Shown: piece by piece, positions 8,797 through 18,520 of the stretch
How the letters are laid out: the number at the start of each line of letters is the position of its first letter
Numbering within the stretch: the stretch's first letter is position 1
Virus record (IMG/VR): IMGVR_UViG_3300034374_008984
Location: 9,652-73,651 of that record
Origin: a virus
Reading direction: 5' to 3' (one strand)
DNA length: 64,000 nucleotides
Notes under the pieces: generated by a model
Databases searched by the model: none
The model's input: the letters and a program-made list of their open reading frames with translations, nothing else
What the model was told of the DNA's origin: nothing
Made by a program: the position numbers and the translations under genes

Positions 8797-9639
8797 ATGA
8801 GCGCATTGAAAGTTCCATCAAGAAACAGTGAGGGCACCGCAGTCCTTGAGCATCCGTCCCGTTACAGGGTCTCCTTCAAAGGGGATACAGGGGAATTCGA
8901 GGTGTACGACAAGAGCACCAAAGAGAAACAGCGCATTTCGCACGACAAGTTCGTGTTCATGCCACTCATTCGCACCGCAGGGGCCTCCGGCTACTATCAA
9001 CCCGCAAACATGGGGTACTGGTCGAACGAGATTCAGGACAGCCGCACCGACATCCTCGAAGTGAAGGGTAACGATGGGAGCACTTTCTGCAAGGGCCTCT
9101 GGAAGGAGATCAAAGAGCAGTGCAACGCCCGCAAGATCGAGTTTATCGGGAACCTGTACGCAGCAGTCAAGATCAGTGGCAATTATGAGATTGCCGTCAT
9201 AGAACTGAAGACCACTTCTCTGGTCGCCTTCGGGGAGTTCGCCAAGAAGTTGGCATCGGAGAAGGGGAAATCCAATGCCATTTACAACGTGGCTGTAAGG
9301 GTTTCCGCACTCACCCCGAAGAAAAACGGAAGCGTGAACTATGTCGTGCCCACATTCACGGCACAAGAGGTGTCACCGCAGGGCATGGAGGCAAGTGGCA
9401 AACTCGCGGACACCTGCATAGCGTACCTCGAAGGGTACTTCTCAGAACAAGAGGAGGCTCAGGCAGCAGCACCCGCAGCGTCAGTCCCCGTCCAAGCACC
9501 CCAAGCAACGGCAGCCCCCGCGCAAGTACCCGCACAACAAGCCCCGCCACCGCCCATGGAGGAGGACCTTACAGCAATGTACGGAGAGGATCCCCTTGCG
9601 GGAGGCATCGACTTGGGAGGAGACGAATTGCCGTTCTGA
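8797..9639 (+). CDS. putative single-stranded DNA-binding/annealing protein
   Basis: Beta-rich N-domain, Ala/Pro/Gln linker, acidic tail ending GGDELPF; located in the replication module. Confidence 0.6.
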   Translation: MSALKVPSRNSEGTAVLEHPSRYRVSFKGDTGEFEVYDKSTKEKQRISHDKFVFMPLIRTAGASGYYQPANMGYWSNEIQDSRTDILEVKGNDGSTFCKGLWKEIKEQCNARKIEFIGNLYAAVKISGNYEIAVIELKTTSLVAFGEFAKKLASEKGKSNAIYNVAVRVSALTPKKNGSVNYVVPTFTAQEVSPQGMEASGKLADTCIAYLEGYFSEQEEAQAAAPAASVPVQAPQATAAPAQVPAQQAPPPPMEEDLTAMYGEDPLAGGIDLGGDELPF

Positions 9640-9650
9640 GGATACTACAC

Positions 9651-9742
9651 AGGGATGCGGCATTGGGTCACCGCTTGTAGCTACCATCCAAGCAAACTGC
9701 GCGGGGGAATTGAGTGGTCGGGTTCGACTCCCGGCATCCCTT
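9651..9742 (+). ncRNA. tRNA-like element (pseudo-tRNA)
   Basis: 7-bp acceptor AGGGATG/CATCCCT, T-arm TCGGG-TTCGACT-CCCGG, stem GCTTG/CAAGC with a non-canonical 11-nt loop, degenerate D-arm. Confidence 0.55.
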
Positions 9743-9772
9743 CTACAATTAACCATCAAAAACCAATCTGAC

Positions 9773-10192
9773 ATGAGTATCACAATCGAACAAGTAGAAG
9801 AGTTCTTCTCCAACAGAGCCCTTGACGTGGCCGAGGGCATGGCCGACCCGATGGACGTCTATGCTGAACTTTCCCGCACAGAGAAACTGACCGAGGCTTT
9901 GAAGAAGGCCGTGAAGGAGGAGGCTATGGCGCAGGCACTTGAGCATGGGGCCGATAAGGAGAAGGTGGCCTACCATGGGCACACATTCGAGGTCAGAAAG
10001 GGCCGTTCCATGTACTCCTTCAAGCACATCGAGTCGTGGGCCAAGGCAGAGGAGGAGAAGAAGCGCATCGAGGAACTTGCAAAGATTGCCGCCAAGAAGA
10101 ATGTGGAGGTGGCCGACACGGAGACAGGAGAGGTAATACCTCCCGCCCACGTCACCTACGCAGCGGACTCACTCATTGTATCACGCAATTAA
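9773..10192 (+). CDS. hypothetical phage protein
   Basis: ATG at 9773; C-terminal DTETGEVIPPA motif. Confidence 0.75.
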   Translation: MSITIEQVEEFFSNRALDVAEGMADPMDVYAELSRTEKLTEALKKAVKEEAMAQALEHGADKEKVAYHGHTFEVRKGRSMYSFKHIESWAKAEEEKKRIEELAKIAAKKNVEVADTETGEVIPPAHVTYAADSLIVSRN

Positions 10193-10195
10193 GCC

Positions 10196-10342
10196 ATGAA
10201 AGCGTTATTAGGATTCACTATCGGGATGGGGATGATTGGCGTAGTCTTCAATATGATTGATGGAAACACAATGGCTGCCGTATGGGCTTTTGCATCAACT
10301 CTGCTGCTCATAAGCCGTCTCGCAAGAGAATACAGAAATTGA
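10196..10342 (+). CDS. small two-TM membrane protein (not in ORF track)
   Basis: MKALLGFTIGMGMIGVVFNMIDGNTMAAVWAFASTLLLISRLAREYRN*; AAGCCATG start right after the upstream stop. Confidence 0.55.
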   Translation: MKALLGFTIGMGMIGVVFNMIDGNTMAAVWAFASTLLLISRLAREYRN

Positions 10343-10516
10343 ACGAGTACAAGGCCAATCCTCTCCTGTTCATCAACACGTTCCTCCGCAGAGCGCACGA
10401 GCCGTATGTCTCAGAGGAGCAGTACATGAAGGTAGCGAAGGGGAAACCCAACGTGTATGACCTGAGATGGCAAGTGAGAGTGAGGAAGAATTTTTTCGAC
10501 AACCAACAAGACAACA

Positions 10517-11854
10517 GTGGTCATGGCAGCCAAGAAAAAAGCTGAACAAGCAGAATCGGTAACGCAGGAATCCTTCGCTCTTACCGTGGTGAAGGTAGAA
10601 CTTGACAAGAACATCCCTCAAGACCTGTGTAATGAGCTGACGGGGGCGTTCTTTCCGATATACCGGCAGATGCAAGACCTTGAGGCCGAGTACGAGGCCA
10701 TAACAGGGGCAGATGTGACCGTACACACGAACAAGATCTCCAAACAGGCCCGCGAGTTGCGCCTCAAATACAAGTCCCTGCGAGGGGTCAAGGGATTGAA
10801 GGGCGTACACGAGGAAAAAAAGGAGTTTTACCGTAGCGTAGGTAGCGCGATTGACGCCCTCGAAAGGGAAGGTCGATTAGCGGCCCTCGCAAGGGAGGAG
10901 AAATTGGAAGAGATCGAGAAGTTCCACGAGAGGCAACTTCAAGAGACCCGAGCGGAGGAATTGCAGCCGTACCTCCTCGAAGGTCAGGAGATGCGTAAAG
11001 ACCTCGGCACCATGAACGAGGACGATTGGGAAATCGTCTTCATGGGACAACGGACGAAGTTCCAAGAGGCGACAGAGAAGGAGGCCAAGAGAGAGTTGAG
11101 ACGGAAGCGCATCGAAGAAGCCTCGAAATACGCCCTCTACATAGAGGACTTCGACAGCATCCAGTGGGAGGGTCTGCCGGAGAAAACCTACAACAGCCTC
11201 CTGAAAGAGGCCAAGGACGCGCACGAGGAAAGGGAAGCGGCAAGGTTAAAGGCTGAGGCCGAGGCCAAGAGACTCCAAGAGGAGGCTGATGCACGGGAGG
11301 CCGCGCACAAGGCAGAACTTGAAAAGAAGGCCGCAGAGGAGATTGAGAGACAGCGCAAGTTCAGTTCCAGAGTAGCGTCCGTCAAAGGGGGTGAGCTGAG
11401 AGAGGACGGCATCTACTACAAGGACAAGAGGATCTACACAATGAAGTCGCTGCAAGAGAAACCTGACGAGGATTTCGCCAAGTTCTTGCAGGCACACCTC
11501 GAACGATATAACGCAGATTTTCAAGCCGAGGCTGACAAGAAGGCCGCAGAGGAGGCCGCGAGAAAGGCTCAGATAGAGGAAGCGGCAAGGGTCGCAGCGG
11601 AGAACGCCCGCTTGCAGGCCGAGAAGGATGCCATCGAGAAGGCCCGCAAGGAGGCCGAGGAGAAGATGGCCGCGCAGAGAGCCGGGGCGGATGCCAAGAA
11701 ATCGGCACCCGACAGGGATAAACTGAAGGAGTTCCGAGATGAGTTGGCCGGGTTGGGATACCCTGTGTGCAGCACCGAGTCAGGGAGGATTATTGTGGAA
11801 AATTTGCAGAAGCACATTGCGAAGGCCGTAGAGTACATTGATAGGAACATTTGA
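10517..11854 (+). CDS. long coiled-coil protein
   Basis: 445 aa, E/K/A/R-rich helical; likely start ATG 10523. Confidence 0.8.
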   Translation: MVMAAKKKAEQAESVTQESFALTVVKVELDKNIPQDLCNELTGAFFPIYRQMQDLEAEYEAITGADVTVHTNKISKQARELRLKYKSLRGVKGLKGVHEEKKEFYRSVGSAIDALEREGRLAALAREEKLEEIEKFHERQLQETRAEELQPYLLEGQEMRKDLGTMNEDDWEIVFMGQRTKFQEATEKEAKRELRRKRIEEASKYALYIEDFDSIQWEGLPEKTYNSLLKEAKDAHEEREAARLKAEAEAKRLQEEADAREAAHKAELEKKAAEEIERQRKFSSRVASVKGGELREDGIYYKDKRIYTMKSLQEKPDEDFAKFLQAHLERYNADFQAEADKKAAEEAARKAQIEEAARVAAENARLQAEKDAIEKARKEAEEKMAAQRAGADAKKSAPDRDKLKEFRDELAGLGYPVCSTESGRIIVENLQKHIAKAVEYIDRNI

Positions 11855-12603
11855 AAAGATTTGAGCAGATGAACACCTACTCCTTCAGCAGACTCACATC
11901 GTGGCACACCTGCAAGGGTGCATGGAAGAGGAACTACATCTTGGAAGACAAGGGGGAGAATAATTGGTTCTCCCGTTTCGGCTCCCTCGGTCACCTCGTC
12001 TTTGAAAAGGTGGACAGGAAAGAGATAGCCCCCGAACAAGCACTTCAAGAGTGGACCTCAAGATACAAGGAAGCGGTACTTCTCGGTGCGGACACGCATG
12101 AGGTTCCTTGGATGATGAAGCGGTATAAAGGGGCTTGCGATTTCTTTTCGGGATTCACAGGGTGGCGCACCGATCCTGTATGGATTGAGGAACACATTGA
12201 CATTGACAGGGGGACTTTCAGATTCCAAGGCTACGTTGACCGCCTCAGCATCCTCCCGAGCGGGGACTACTCAATGCAGGACTACAAGAGCTCAAAGAGG
12301 TACGAGGGGAAAGAATTGAAGGAAAAGGCCCGGCAGATGTACCTCTACTCGGCAGCCGTGAATGAGCGCTTCGGGGTGTTCCCGAAGAATCTCATCTTCT
12401 TCCACTTCTTTCAGAACATCCCCGTCATAATCCCATTCAAAATGGACGACTACTGGGAGGCATGGGATTGGGCCGCGAGGACAGTGGCTGAGATAGAGGC
12501 TTACGAAGACGACTACCCGCTGACCGATAACGGGTACTTCTGCAAGGCCATCTGCAATTACAGGAACGATTGCCCCGTAGCGGCACAAAGCAAAAAAAAC
12601 TGA
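11851..12603 (+). CDS. PD-(D/E)XK exonuclease (Cas4/AddB-like, probable Fe-S)
   Basis: YSFSRL..C, G..GH, EE...GYVDRL...DYKS, Q..LY, C-terminal CxxxCxxxxxC. Confidence 0.85.
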   Translation: MKRFEQMNTYSFSRLTSWHTCKGAWKRNYILEDKGENNWFSRFGSLGHLVFEKVDRKEIAPEQALQEWTSRYKEAVLLGADTHEVPWMMKRYKGACDFFSGFTGWRTDPVWIEEHIDIDRGTFRFQGYVDRLSILPSGDYSMQDYKSSKRYEGKELKEKARQMYLYSAAVNERFGVFPKNLIFFHFFQNIPVIIPFKMDDYWEAWDWAARTVAEIEAYEDDYPLTDNGYFCKAICNYRNDCPVAAQSKKN

Positions 12604-12604
12604 C

Positions 12605-13183
12605 ATGAGCACCTCGCCAAGAACCATCTTTAATATGCCCTTTCCCCATGCCTTCTTTCGTGGGGGCATGATGGAGGTCATGCTTGCGGAAGTGTCCCTT
12701 GAAGGAGAGGGAGGGGACAGGCTTGTGACGGTGACATTCTCGGGATCCTCGCAAAAGGACTCCTACAAGGACAGGTTCTCAATCACATCATCCCTTGCGA
12801 ACATGGCGTCCCTCTCAAAGCTGCTCCATGCGAATTGCCCGACAGCGGCCATCTACGGTACCTCCGAATGGGCCGTGGCGACAGAGACCCAAGAAGGAAA
12901 CCTGCTGCTGTGTCTCAATCAGGAGGCCAAGATGGTGATGATCGAGGAGGATGAAGTGGCATTCACCCTTGACTTCTTCTCTCTCCCTGGACTCCGCTTT
13001 CACGATGCCACGCCAAGGCACGATTCAGGACGCCCCTGCATATCCCTGAATTGGGATGACTCCGCGAAGGTTCAGAACAGGGACGCCCGACTGTGGGAAT
13101 GGAGGGGAGGCCACAACAAGAGCGACCTGATAGGGGCATTGGCAGAGTGCCCATGGGTGATGTTCGAGAATGTGATACTTTGA
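12605..13183 (+). CDS. hypothetical protein
   Basis: 192-aa ORF tiling the operon. Confidence 0.7.
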   Translation: MSTSPRTIFNMPFPHAFFRGGMMEVMLAEVSLEGEGGDRLVTVTFSGSSQKDSYKDRFSITSSLANMASLSKLLHANCPTAAIYGTSEWAVATETQEGNLLLCLNQEAKMVMIEEDEVAFTLDFFSLPGLRFHDATPRHDSGRPCISLNWDDSAKVQNRDARLWEWRGGHNKSDLIGALAECPWVMFENVIL

Positions 13184-13190
13184 AAGAGCA

Positions 13191-13433
13191 ATGACAGCGG
13201 CAAGACTCAAAGGACTGAATAAGCCAAAACTGACGTGCCTGCCGGTCGGGACCAAATGGAGAACCTACGATGGACATGAGTACGAGATCACAGGAGTGTA
13301 CACCGTATTCGGCAAGAACGGGTATCACGTCAAAGAGGACGGAGAAAGAAAGCCGAGATGGGCCAATGCCAACGGATCCCCGAGATATGTTCCAGAGGAG
13401 GAAGTGAAGGAGCTCAGAGCGAAGAAAATTTGA
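13191..13433 (+). CDS. hypothetical protein
   Basis: 80-aa ORF. Confidence 0.65.
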   Translation: MTAARLKGLNKPKLTCLPVGTKWRTYDGHEYEITGVYTVFGKNGYHVKEDGERKPRWANANGSPRYVPEEEVKELRAKKI

Positions 13434-13512
13434 AATACTGGCAAAAAAAATCCTTCTCACTTCATTCAATTAAAAGAAAATCCTTACATTTACACGCGCA
13501 AAAGCAACCGAC

Positions 13513-13908
13513 ATGGCAACAGGTACAATCGAGAAACAGGCCGCTTTCAGGTTCATCGAGCCGAAGCTGCCCTCCATCAGAGAGCGCATAAAGAGCCTCC
13601 TTTCCAAGTGCAACGGAAATGGACTCACTGCAAAGGAAATCTCCGCAGCGTTGTCCGTGAAAGCGAATACCATCACGGGCCGGATTGATGAACTCTGGGA
13701 CGAGGGATTCCTCCACGGGGTATCTTCAAAGGGCATCGAGACGAGGTATCGCGTCACGGCACCCAAGGACGTGAACCGAGTGAAGGAGGCCCGTAGGAAG
13801 GAGAAGTTCCATGTGTGGCTCAGAAAAGGCCGCGAGAGGTACGGTGACGTGATCACTGACGAGGTGTGGAATGAGATGTTCAAGGTAGCAACGACTGAAT
13901 TCAACTGA
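13513..13908 (+). CDS. winged-HTH DNA-binding protein
   Basis: GLTAKEISAALSVKANTITGRIDELWDEGFL is a wHTH pattern. Confidence 0.7.
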   Translation: MATGTIEKQAAFRFIEPKLPSIRERIKSLLSKCNGNGLTAKEISAALSVKANTITGRIDELWDEGFLHGVSSKGIETRYRVTAPKDVNRVKEARRKEKFHVWLRKGRERYGDVITDEVWNEMFKVATTEFN

Positions 13909-13909
13909 G

Positions 13910-14194
13910 ATGAAAAAAAGACACGTTTACCTCGTTATTCAGGATGATAGACGTTACCCTTGCCGCGATCACAACGACACGCAGCGGCACATCTTAGGCG
14001 TTCACACCAGCGCGGCAAAGGCATATGCTCACCTCGAATCGTGCAAGCAGTCACGGCTTGACCTTGGATACATAGAGGTTCGGGATGAGGAATATAACCC
14101 CGATTTGCATGACGGAAAGAAGAGGGCGACATACCTGAGCCACTACAAGCACGGTTCGTCCGAGTTGATAATTGACAAAGTACAGGTTAGATGA
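13910..14194 (+). CDS. hypothetical protein
   Basis: 94-aa ORF. Confidence 0.65.
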   Translation: MKKRHVYLVIQDDRRYPCRDHNDTQRHILGVHTSAAKAYAHLESCKQSRLDLGYIEVRDEEYNPDLHDGKKRATYLSHYKHGSSELIIDKVQVR

Positions 14195-14400
14195 AATACG
14201 CATACACCTACGTCCTCACATGCTGCGTGTGGCTACCGTGGTACACCGCGCCAAAGCCTCCACAGCCGACACCCGAACCCGAGTCCATTGGCGTGGTCTG
14301 CGAGTGTTGTCTTCCGGCTCAGGAACCCGATTGGGAGTGCGCGGATTGGCAGGCCAAGCACGGAAAAATCCCGGACTTCATCAAAAACGAGTTCAAGTAA
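14191..14400 (+). CDS. small Cys-rich hypothetical protein
   Basis: ATGA overlap, 69 aa. Confidence 0.55.
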   Translation: MKYAYTYVLTCCVWLPWYTAPKPPQPTPEPESIGVVCECCLPAQEPDWECADWQAKHGKIPDFIKNEFK

Positions 14401-14429
14401 TCGCCTTAGCACCCACAAAAAAAACCGAC

Positions 14430-14630
14430 ATGACCCACAGACAAGAACAGCAGGAACATTTTGACCGGCTATGCCACCTCCGAGGGTTCGACCCCTTGAA
14501 GCGCATCGACAACAGCCACGCAAGAACCCGCCTAAAAAGGTCTGACGAGGTATGGTATGAAGGGAGGGCCTATCGGGTGATTGACGTGATGGGGAGTCCT
14601 AAACTGGAATTGATCAACAAGGTGAAGTAG
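14430..14630 (+). CDS. hypothetical protein
   Basis: ATG at 14430 after an A-rich leader, within ORF 14172..14630. Confidence 0.55.
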   Translation: MTHRQEQQEHFDRLCHLRGFDPLKRIDNSHARTRLKRSDEVWYEGRAYRVIDVMGSPKLELINKVK

Positions 14631-14631
14631 A

Positions 14632-14889
14632 ATGGAGGCAAAGCCAATCAGACCCAAGAAAAAGACCCCTCCATGGAAGCGGAGAAAGGTCTATGCGATG
14701 AGCCGATTCGAGGAGTACAAGAGACTCATGGCGTACACCCACCTCATTTACTCCATGGGGATAATCGAGAAGGAGCAGCCGGGAGTGGCCTTCAAGGTGC
14801 TTGCAGAAATAATCCTGAACACTGACGGATTGATCACCGAGGGAATGCTTGAGGAGTACAAGAAGAGAAACAAGAAGAAACTACGATAG
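14632..14889 (+). CDS. hypothetical protein
   Basis: 85-aa ORF. Confidence 0.65.
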   Translation: MEAKPIRPKKKTPPWKRRKVYAMSRFEEYKRLMAYTHLIYSMGIIEKEQPGVAFKVLAEIILNTDGLITEGMLEEYKKRNKKKLR

Positions 14890-14894
14890 GAGAC

Positions 14895-15164
14895 ATGGAG
14901 ACAGAACTTCACTACATCACCGTCAAGACCTCCGAGGAGGACGGCTACACGGTGTGCATTCAGTACGAACCCGCGAGGATGACCCGTTCGAGGACTCACT
15001 TTCAGCCCGAGGAGTACGGAGAGGACAGGATCATCTCTATCACCCACGAGGACGGCACCGAACTGAAATCCAAAGAGGTCTCCGCTCTCGGTATCACCGA
15101 TTACGACTTCAAGAACATCACTGAGATTGACCTTACACAAACACTTCAAACAGATCAGCAATGA
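14895..15164 (+). CDS. hypothetical protein
   Basis: 89-aa ORF. Confidence 0.65.
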   Translation: METELHYITVKTSEEDGYTVCIQYEPARMTRSRTHFQPEEYGEDRIISITHEDGTELKSKEVSALGITDYDFKNITEIDLTQTLQTDQQ

Positions 15165-15349
15165 AAATCATCATCAGAGTACTCTCTTCACCCTTCTTCT
15201 TCGGACTTTACCTTGTCCTTGGCTTGCACATCGCCCTGAAAGGAACCTACTGCTTTATACGCTACGGAGGCGAGATGCTGACCTACATGCAGGGAGACAA
15301 GGAAACCATTGCGAATATCTACAACGAACTCAAAGAGGGAAGGCCATGA
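15161..15349 (+). CDS. small membrane protein
   Basis: N-terminal hydrophobic helix, ATGA overlaps at both ends. Confidence 0.65.
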   Translation: MKIIIRVLSSPFFFGLYLVLGLHIALKGTYCFIRYGGEMLTYMQGDKETIANIYNELKEGRP

Positions 15350-15666
15350 GTCATGACTACACCTCATACCACGCCAAAGCCTCCCTCGACAATTCCATAG
15401 AAATACTCGAAACGGTATCCTCCAATCTGAGGCGCTATCTGGAGACCAAGGGAAGAACCCGCACGGATTTCCTGAAGTGGGTCAAGGCGCAGAAAATCAA
15501 AGGGGTGCCCCATTCAAGGATTGCCCGATGGCCGGGCATGGAAATGGAACCAGGCAGGGGTAACGTGGAGACGGATACGATTCGGGCCGTGTCCCTTGTA
15601 GCAGCCTACATGGGGAAGTCGCCAAAAGAGGTCATGTTCTCGAACATTCCTTTGGACAGCCTGTGA
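15346..15666 (+). CDS. putative HTH-type DNA-binding protein
   Basis: Start MSHDYT; VSSNLRRYLETKG...VAAYMGKSPKEVM resembles an XRE-like fold. Confidence 0.55.
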   Translation: MSHDYTSYHAKASLDNSIEILETVSSNLRRYLETKGRTRTDFLKWVKAQKIKGVPHSRIARWPGMEMEPGRGNVETDTIRAVSLVAAYMGKSPKEVMFSNIPLDSL

Positions 15667-15669
15667 AGC

Positions 15670-16038
15670 ATGATATTCAAATATCCCCACATGGATCCCG
15701 AGCAGCGGGCTCAGTTGCTGTGCGACTACACAGGATTTCAGAAAAGAGTTCCCGTTGTCGGTTGCCGCGAAGACAAGAAAAAGGAGCTCGTACCGATTAC
15801 AGTAATGAAGGAAATGTGGGACGAGCTCACATCTTCATGCCAGCTTTCAGAGACGAGAAGGAACAACGCTTTTTTCTATATTGCAAGAGAAATGGGATAC
15901 GGGTCGGGGCAAATCGAGAGGGTCGTTGAGGTGGGCATCAACAGAGACCTTGCCCTCGCTAACGGGAGGTCTCTGATGGAGTACAGCTATCAACTCAGCG
16001 AGGCGTGGGCCGCTATCGAAGAATCACTTAACAGGTAA
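15670..16038 (+). CDS. hypothetical protein
   Basis: 122-aa ORF. Confidence 0.65.
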   Translation: MIFKYPHMDPEQRAQLLCDYTGFQKRVPVVGCREDKKKELVPITVMKEMWDELTSSCQLSETRRNNAFFYIAREMGYGSGQIERVVEVGINRDLALANGRSLMEYSYQLSEAWAAIEESLNR

Positions 16039-16049
16039 ATACAGAAGAC

Positions 16050-16502
16050 ATGACCAAGAACGAAATCCGCATCGCTCTTCTGAAGCACATTCAGCCGATT
16101 CCAGCCAAGAGCCTCGAAAAGGCCGTGGACGAAATCTACCTGAGTGTCCAAAAGGCCCTCGGCAAGGAGTCCAGAAAAAAGAACACCGAGTACGCAGACC
16201 TGAACGGGACCTACCACACGCACCCCAAGATGAATTCCAAGATACAGGAGTTCATCAAGGCAAGGAAGGAGGCCAAAAAGCCGATGACGAAGAGGGCCGT
16301 TGAAATGCTCCTCGACAAGTTCAAGAAAGGTGGCTTTACCATCGGAGAATGTATTGAGGCCATTGACGTGGCTATCTTGGGGAACTATCAGGGAGTATTC
16401 CCTAAGAAGCAGTTCAAGAGGGCCGCGCACGAAAACCCAGACCCGAAGATCATTGACTACACAGAAGGATTACCAACTCACAAAAAACCGACAACGACAT
16501 GA
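16050..16502 (+). CDS. putative replication initiator/replisome-organiser-like protein
   Basis: EFIKARKEAKKPMTKRA...AILGNYQGVF resembles a phage initiator C-domain; lies upstream of the loader ATPase and DnaB. Confidence 0.55.
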   Translation: MTKNEIRIALLKHIQPIPAKSLEKAVDEIYLSVQKALGKESRKKNTEYADLNGTYHTHPKMNSKIQEFIKARKEAKKPMTKRAVEMLLDKFKKGGFTIGECIEAIDVAILGNYQGVFPKKQFKRAAHENPDPKIIDYTEGLPTHKKPTTT

Positions 16503-17068
16503 ATAAGGCTTGCGACATCCTTGAAATTGAGCGCCACAAACTGATTGTTTCCCAATCAAAATTATTACTTAAACTCTTGCAGGGGGATGATGCCAAGGCA
16601 ATTGAAGACATTTTGATGCGTTCAAAATCTGAAATAGACAATCACAATAATTCAGCACGAACAATATGTGACATGACCAATATAGAAGACGGGAAATGGA
16701 GGTCAACGATTAAAAAGGTCATTATTGGTAAATTCACCAATTACTTTCGCGACAACAGGGCTCTTGGAAGTTATCCTTATGGGTGCGAAGCCTGCAATGA
16801 TTCAGATGTACCGTGCATCGAGTGTCAAAAGGAGTTAGCCGAGTATCAAGCTAAGAGAGAAGTAGCTGAAAAAAAAAGAGATGCGTTTTCAAGGGCTTGC
16901 GAAAAGACCGTTTTCCCGGATGACCTTAAATTCAAATACATCATTCTTTGCCGAAGGTCTATGTGGCCGAATCAAACCCCACTTGAATTAGTCTTAAAAG
17001 AACTTATTCACACGGAAATCTTGTCAATTTTTCAGTCCCAAAATCAAGAACTAATCTCGACAACATGA
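16499..17068 (+). CDS. hypothetical protein with CxxC...CxxC
   Basis: 189 aa, AT-richer than its flanks. Confidence 0.65.
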   Translation: MNKACDILEIERHKLIVSQSKLLLKLLQGDDAKAIEDILMRSKSEIDNHNNSARTICDMTNIEDGKWRSTIKKVIIGKFTNYFRDNRALGSYPYGCEACNDSDVPCIECQKELAEYQAKREVAEKKRDAFSRACEKTVFPDDLKFKYIILCRRSMWPNQTPLELVLKELIHTEILSIFQSQNQELISTT

Positions 17069-17244
17069 AAGCCAAACTAACCGACTCGAAAAGCCTTTTG
17101 AAGTTCATCTTCAATCAAATGGAGAAGCTGGATAAAAATAAGATAAACCCCGATATTGCAAGGGCACAGGCGGCACTTGCGAGACAGGCAAACAATACCT
17201 TGCGCATCAGAATGGATGCCGAAAACAACGCTAAGACAAAATGA
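17065..17244 (+). CDS. small hypothetical protein (not in ORF track)
   Basis: MKAKLTDSKSLLKFIFNQMEKLD...NAKTK*, ATGA overlaps at both ends. Confidence 0.65.
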   Translation: MKAKLTDSKSLLKFIFNQMEKLDKNKINPDIARAQAALARQANNTLRIRMDAENNAKTK

Positions 17245-17903
17245 ACATGAACTTCGATGATTTCCTCCGCAAGGAGGCCGACAAGAGTGGATTCCAATGG
17301 AATGACGTTTCAGAGTGGACTCCCGAACAGCTCGCCGCAATGTGGCACAAGGCGGGGCAATCCATCGTGGGGCCGTCCTACAAAGATGTTGACCCGAACC
17401 TCACACAAAACCTCGTGAAGTACCTCCTCCGTGATGAGTCCTTCGATGGGAACCTTGACAGGGGCATTCTGATAATAGGCAACAACGGGACAGGCAAGAC
17501 CATCTACATGAAGATCCTACTCATGCTCCTCACCTATCTGCACTCCAAGCGGACGCCCTCTTACTCAGGGAAACAGATAGAGGCCAATATGAGGCTTCCA
17601 GAGGATGAGCAGGGAAGAATAGACGTGCAAAAGGCACTCCTTGCCCCGACATTCTACTTCGATGATCTCGGGGAGGAGCTTGACAGGGTGATGGTATATG
17701 GTACCTATGTGGAACTCGGAAAGGATGTCCTGACACAGCGCTACGAGGAGTTCACCTCCAAGGGCTCCCTTACATTCGCCACCTCGAACCTCAACATGAA
17801 ACAGATAGAGGACAAGTACGGGTATCGAGTGGGAAGCCGCATGCACGAGATGTTCAATGTGTTCATCCGCAAGGGGGAGGACATGAGAAAAGGATTTGTG
17901 TGA
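17241..17903 (+). CDS. DnaC/IstB-like helicase loader ATPase
   Basis: Walker A GNNGTGKT, Walker B FYFDDLGEE, TSNL and YG.RV.SR..EM motifs. Confidence 0.85.
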   Translation: MNMNFDDFLRKEADKSGFQWNDVSEWTPEQLAAMWHKAGQSIVGPSYKDVDPNLTQNLVKYLLRDESFDGNLDRGILIIGNNGTGKTIYMKILLMLLTYLHSKRTPSYSGKQIEANMRLPEDEQGRIDVQKALLAPTFYFDDLGEELDRVMVYGTYVELGKDVLTQRYEEFTSKGSLTFATSNLNMKQIEDKYGYRVGSRMHEMFNVFIRKGEDMRKGFV

Positions 17904-18520
17904 TGAGGGTGCTAAATCTGTATGCCGGTCTTGGAGGAAATAGAAAAGATTGGCAAGGAGTAAAGGTGACGGCTGTTGAAATGGAGCAGCAGATAGCTGA
18001 CGCATACAAGCGCCTGTATCCTGATGACGAAGTAATAGTGGGAGACGCTCATAAATACCTGAAAGAAAACTTCCGACACTATGACTTCATTTGGAGCTCG
18101 CCACCGTGTCAAACTCATAGCAGAATGATGAAAGCCACCCGGCACGATGTCGCAGATTACCCCGATATGAAACTCTACCAGGAAATCATATTTCTTCAAC
18201 ACTTTTTCAAAGGAAAGTGGGTTGTGGAGAATGTTAAGCCCTACTATGAACCGCTTATCCGTCCAACCGTCAAAATGGGCAGGCACTACTTTTGGGCAAA
18301 CTTCACTATTTGGCCCATTAAGATAGGCTCTCCAAAAAAGTTCATTACAGCCGGGACTACCGAAGAAACACAGGCATTGAAGGATTGGCTGGGCATTCAG
18401 TATGATGGCAACATCTACTACAAGAACAATCATTGCCCGGGACAAGTGTTACGAAACTGCGTCCACCCAAAAGTTGGAAACCACATACTCAATGAATCAA
18501 CCCGAAACGGACTCTTCTAA
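17900..18520 (+). CDS. short C5-cytosine DNA methyltransferase
   Basis: LNLYAGLGG (motif I), SSPPCQ (IV), VVENV (VI). Confidence 0.9.
   Translation: MMRVLNLYAGLGGNRKDWQGVKVTAVEMEQQIADAYKRLYPDDEVIVGDAHKYLKENFRHYDFIWSSPPCQTHSRMMKATRHDVADYPDMKLYQEIIFLQHFFKGKWVVENVKPYYEPLIRPTVKMGRHYFWANFTIWPIKIGSPKKFITAGTTEETQALKDWLGIQYDGNIYYKNNHCPGQVLRNCVHPKVGNHILNESTRNGLF

Noticed and set aside
9674-9693. Amber suppressor reading (CTA) of the pseudo-tRNA loop
   Set aside because: The loop is 11 nt, CTA is off-centre, and no U33 precedes it.
9596-9772. Upstream extensions of track ORFs (9596, 28710, 60454, 23800, 5822, 870)
   Set aside because: The extensions overlap RNA elements, promoters or upstream genes; downstream ATGs with typical leaders fit better.
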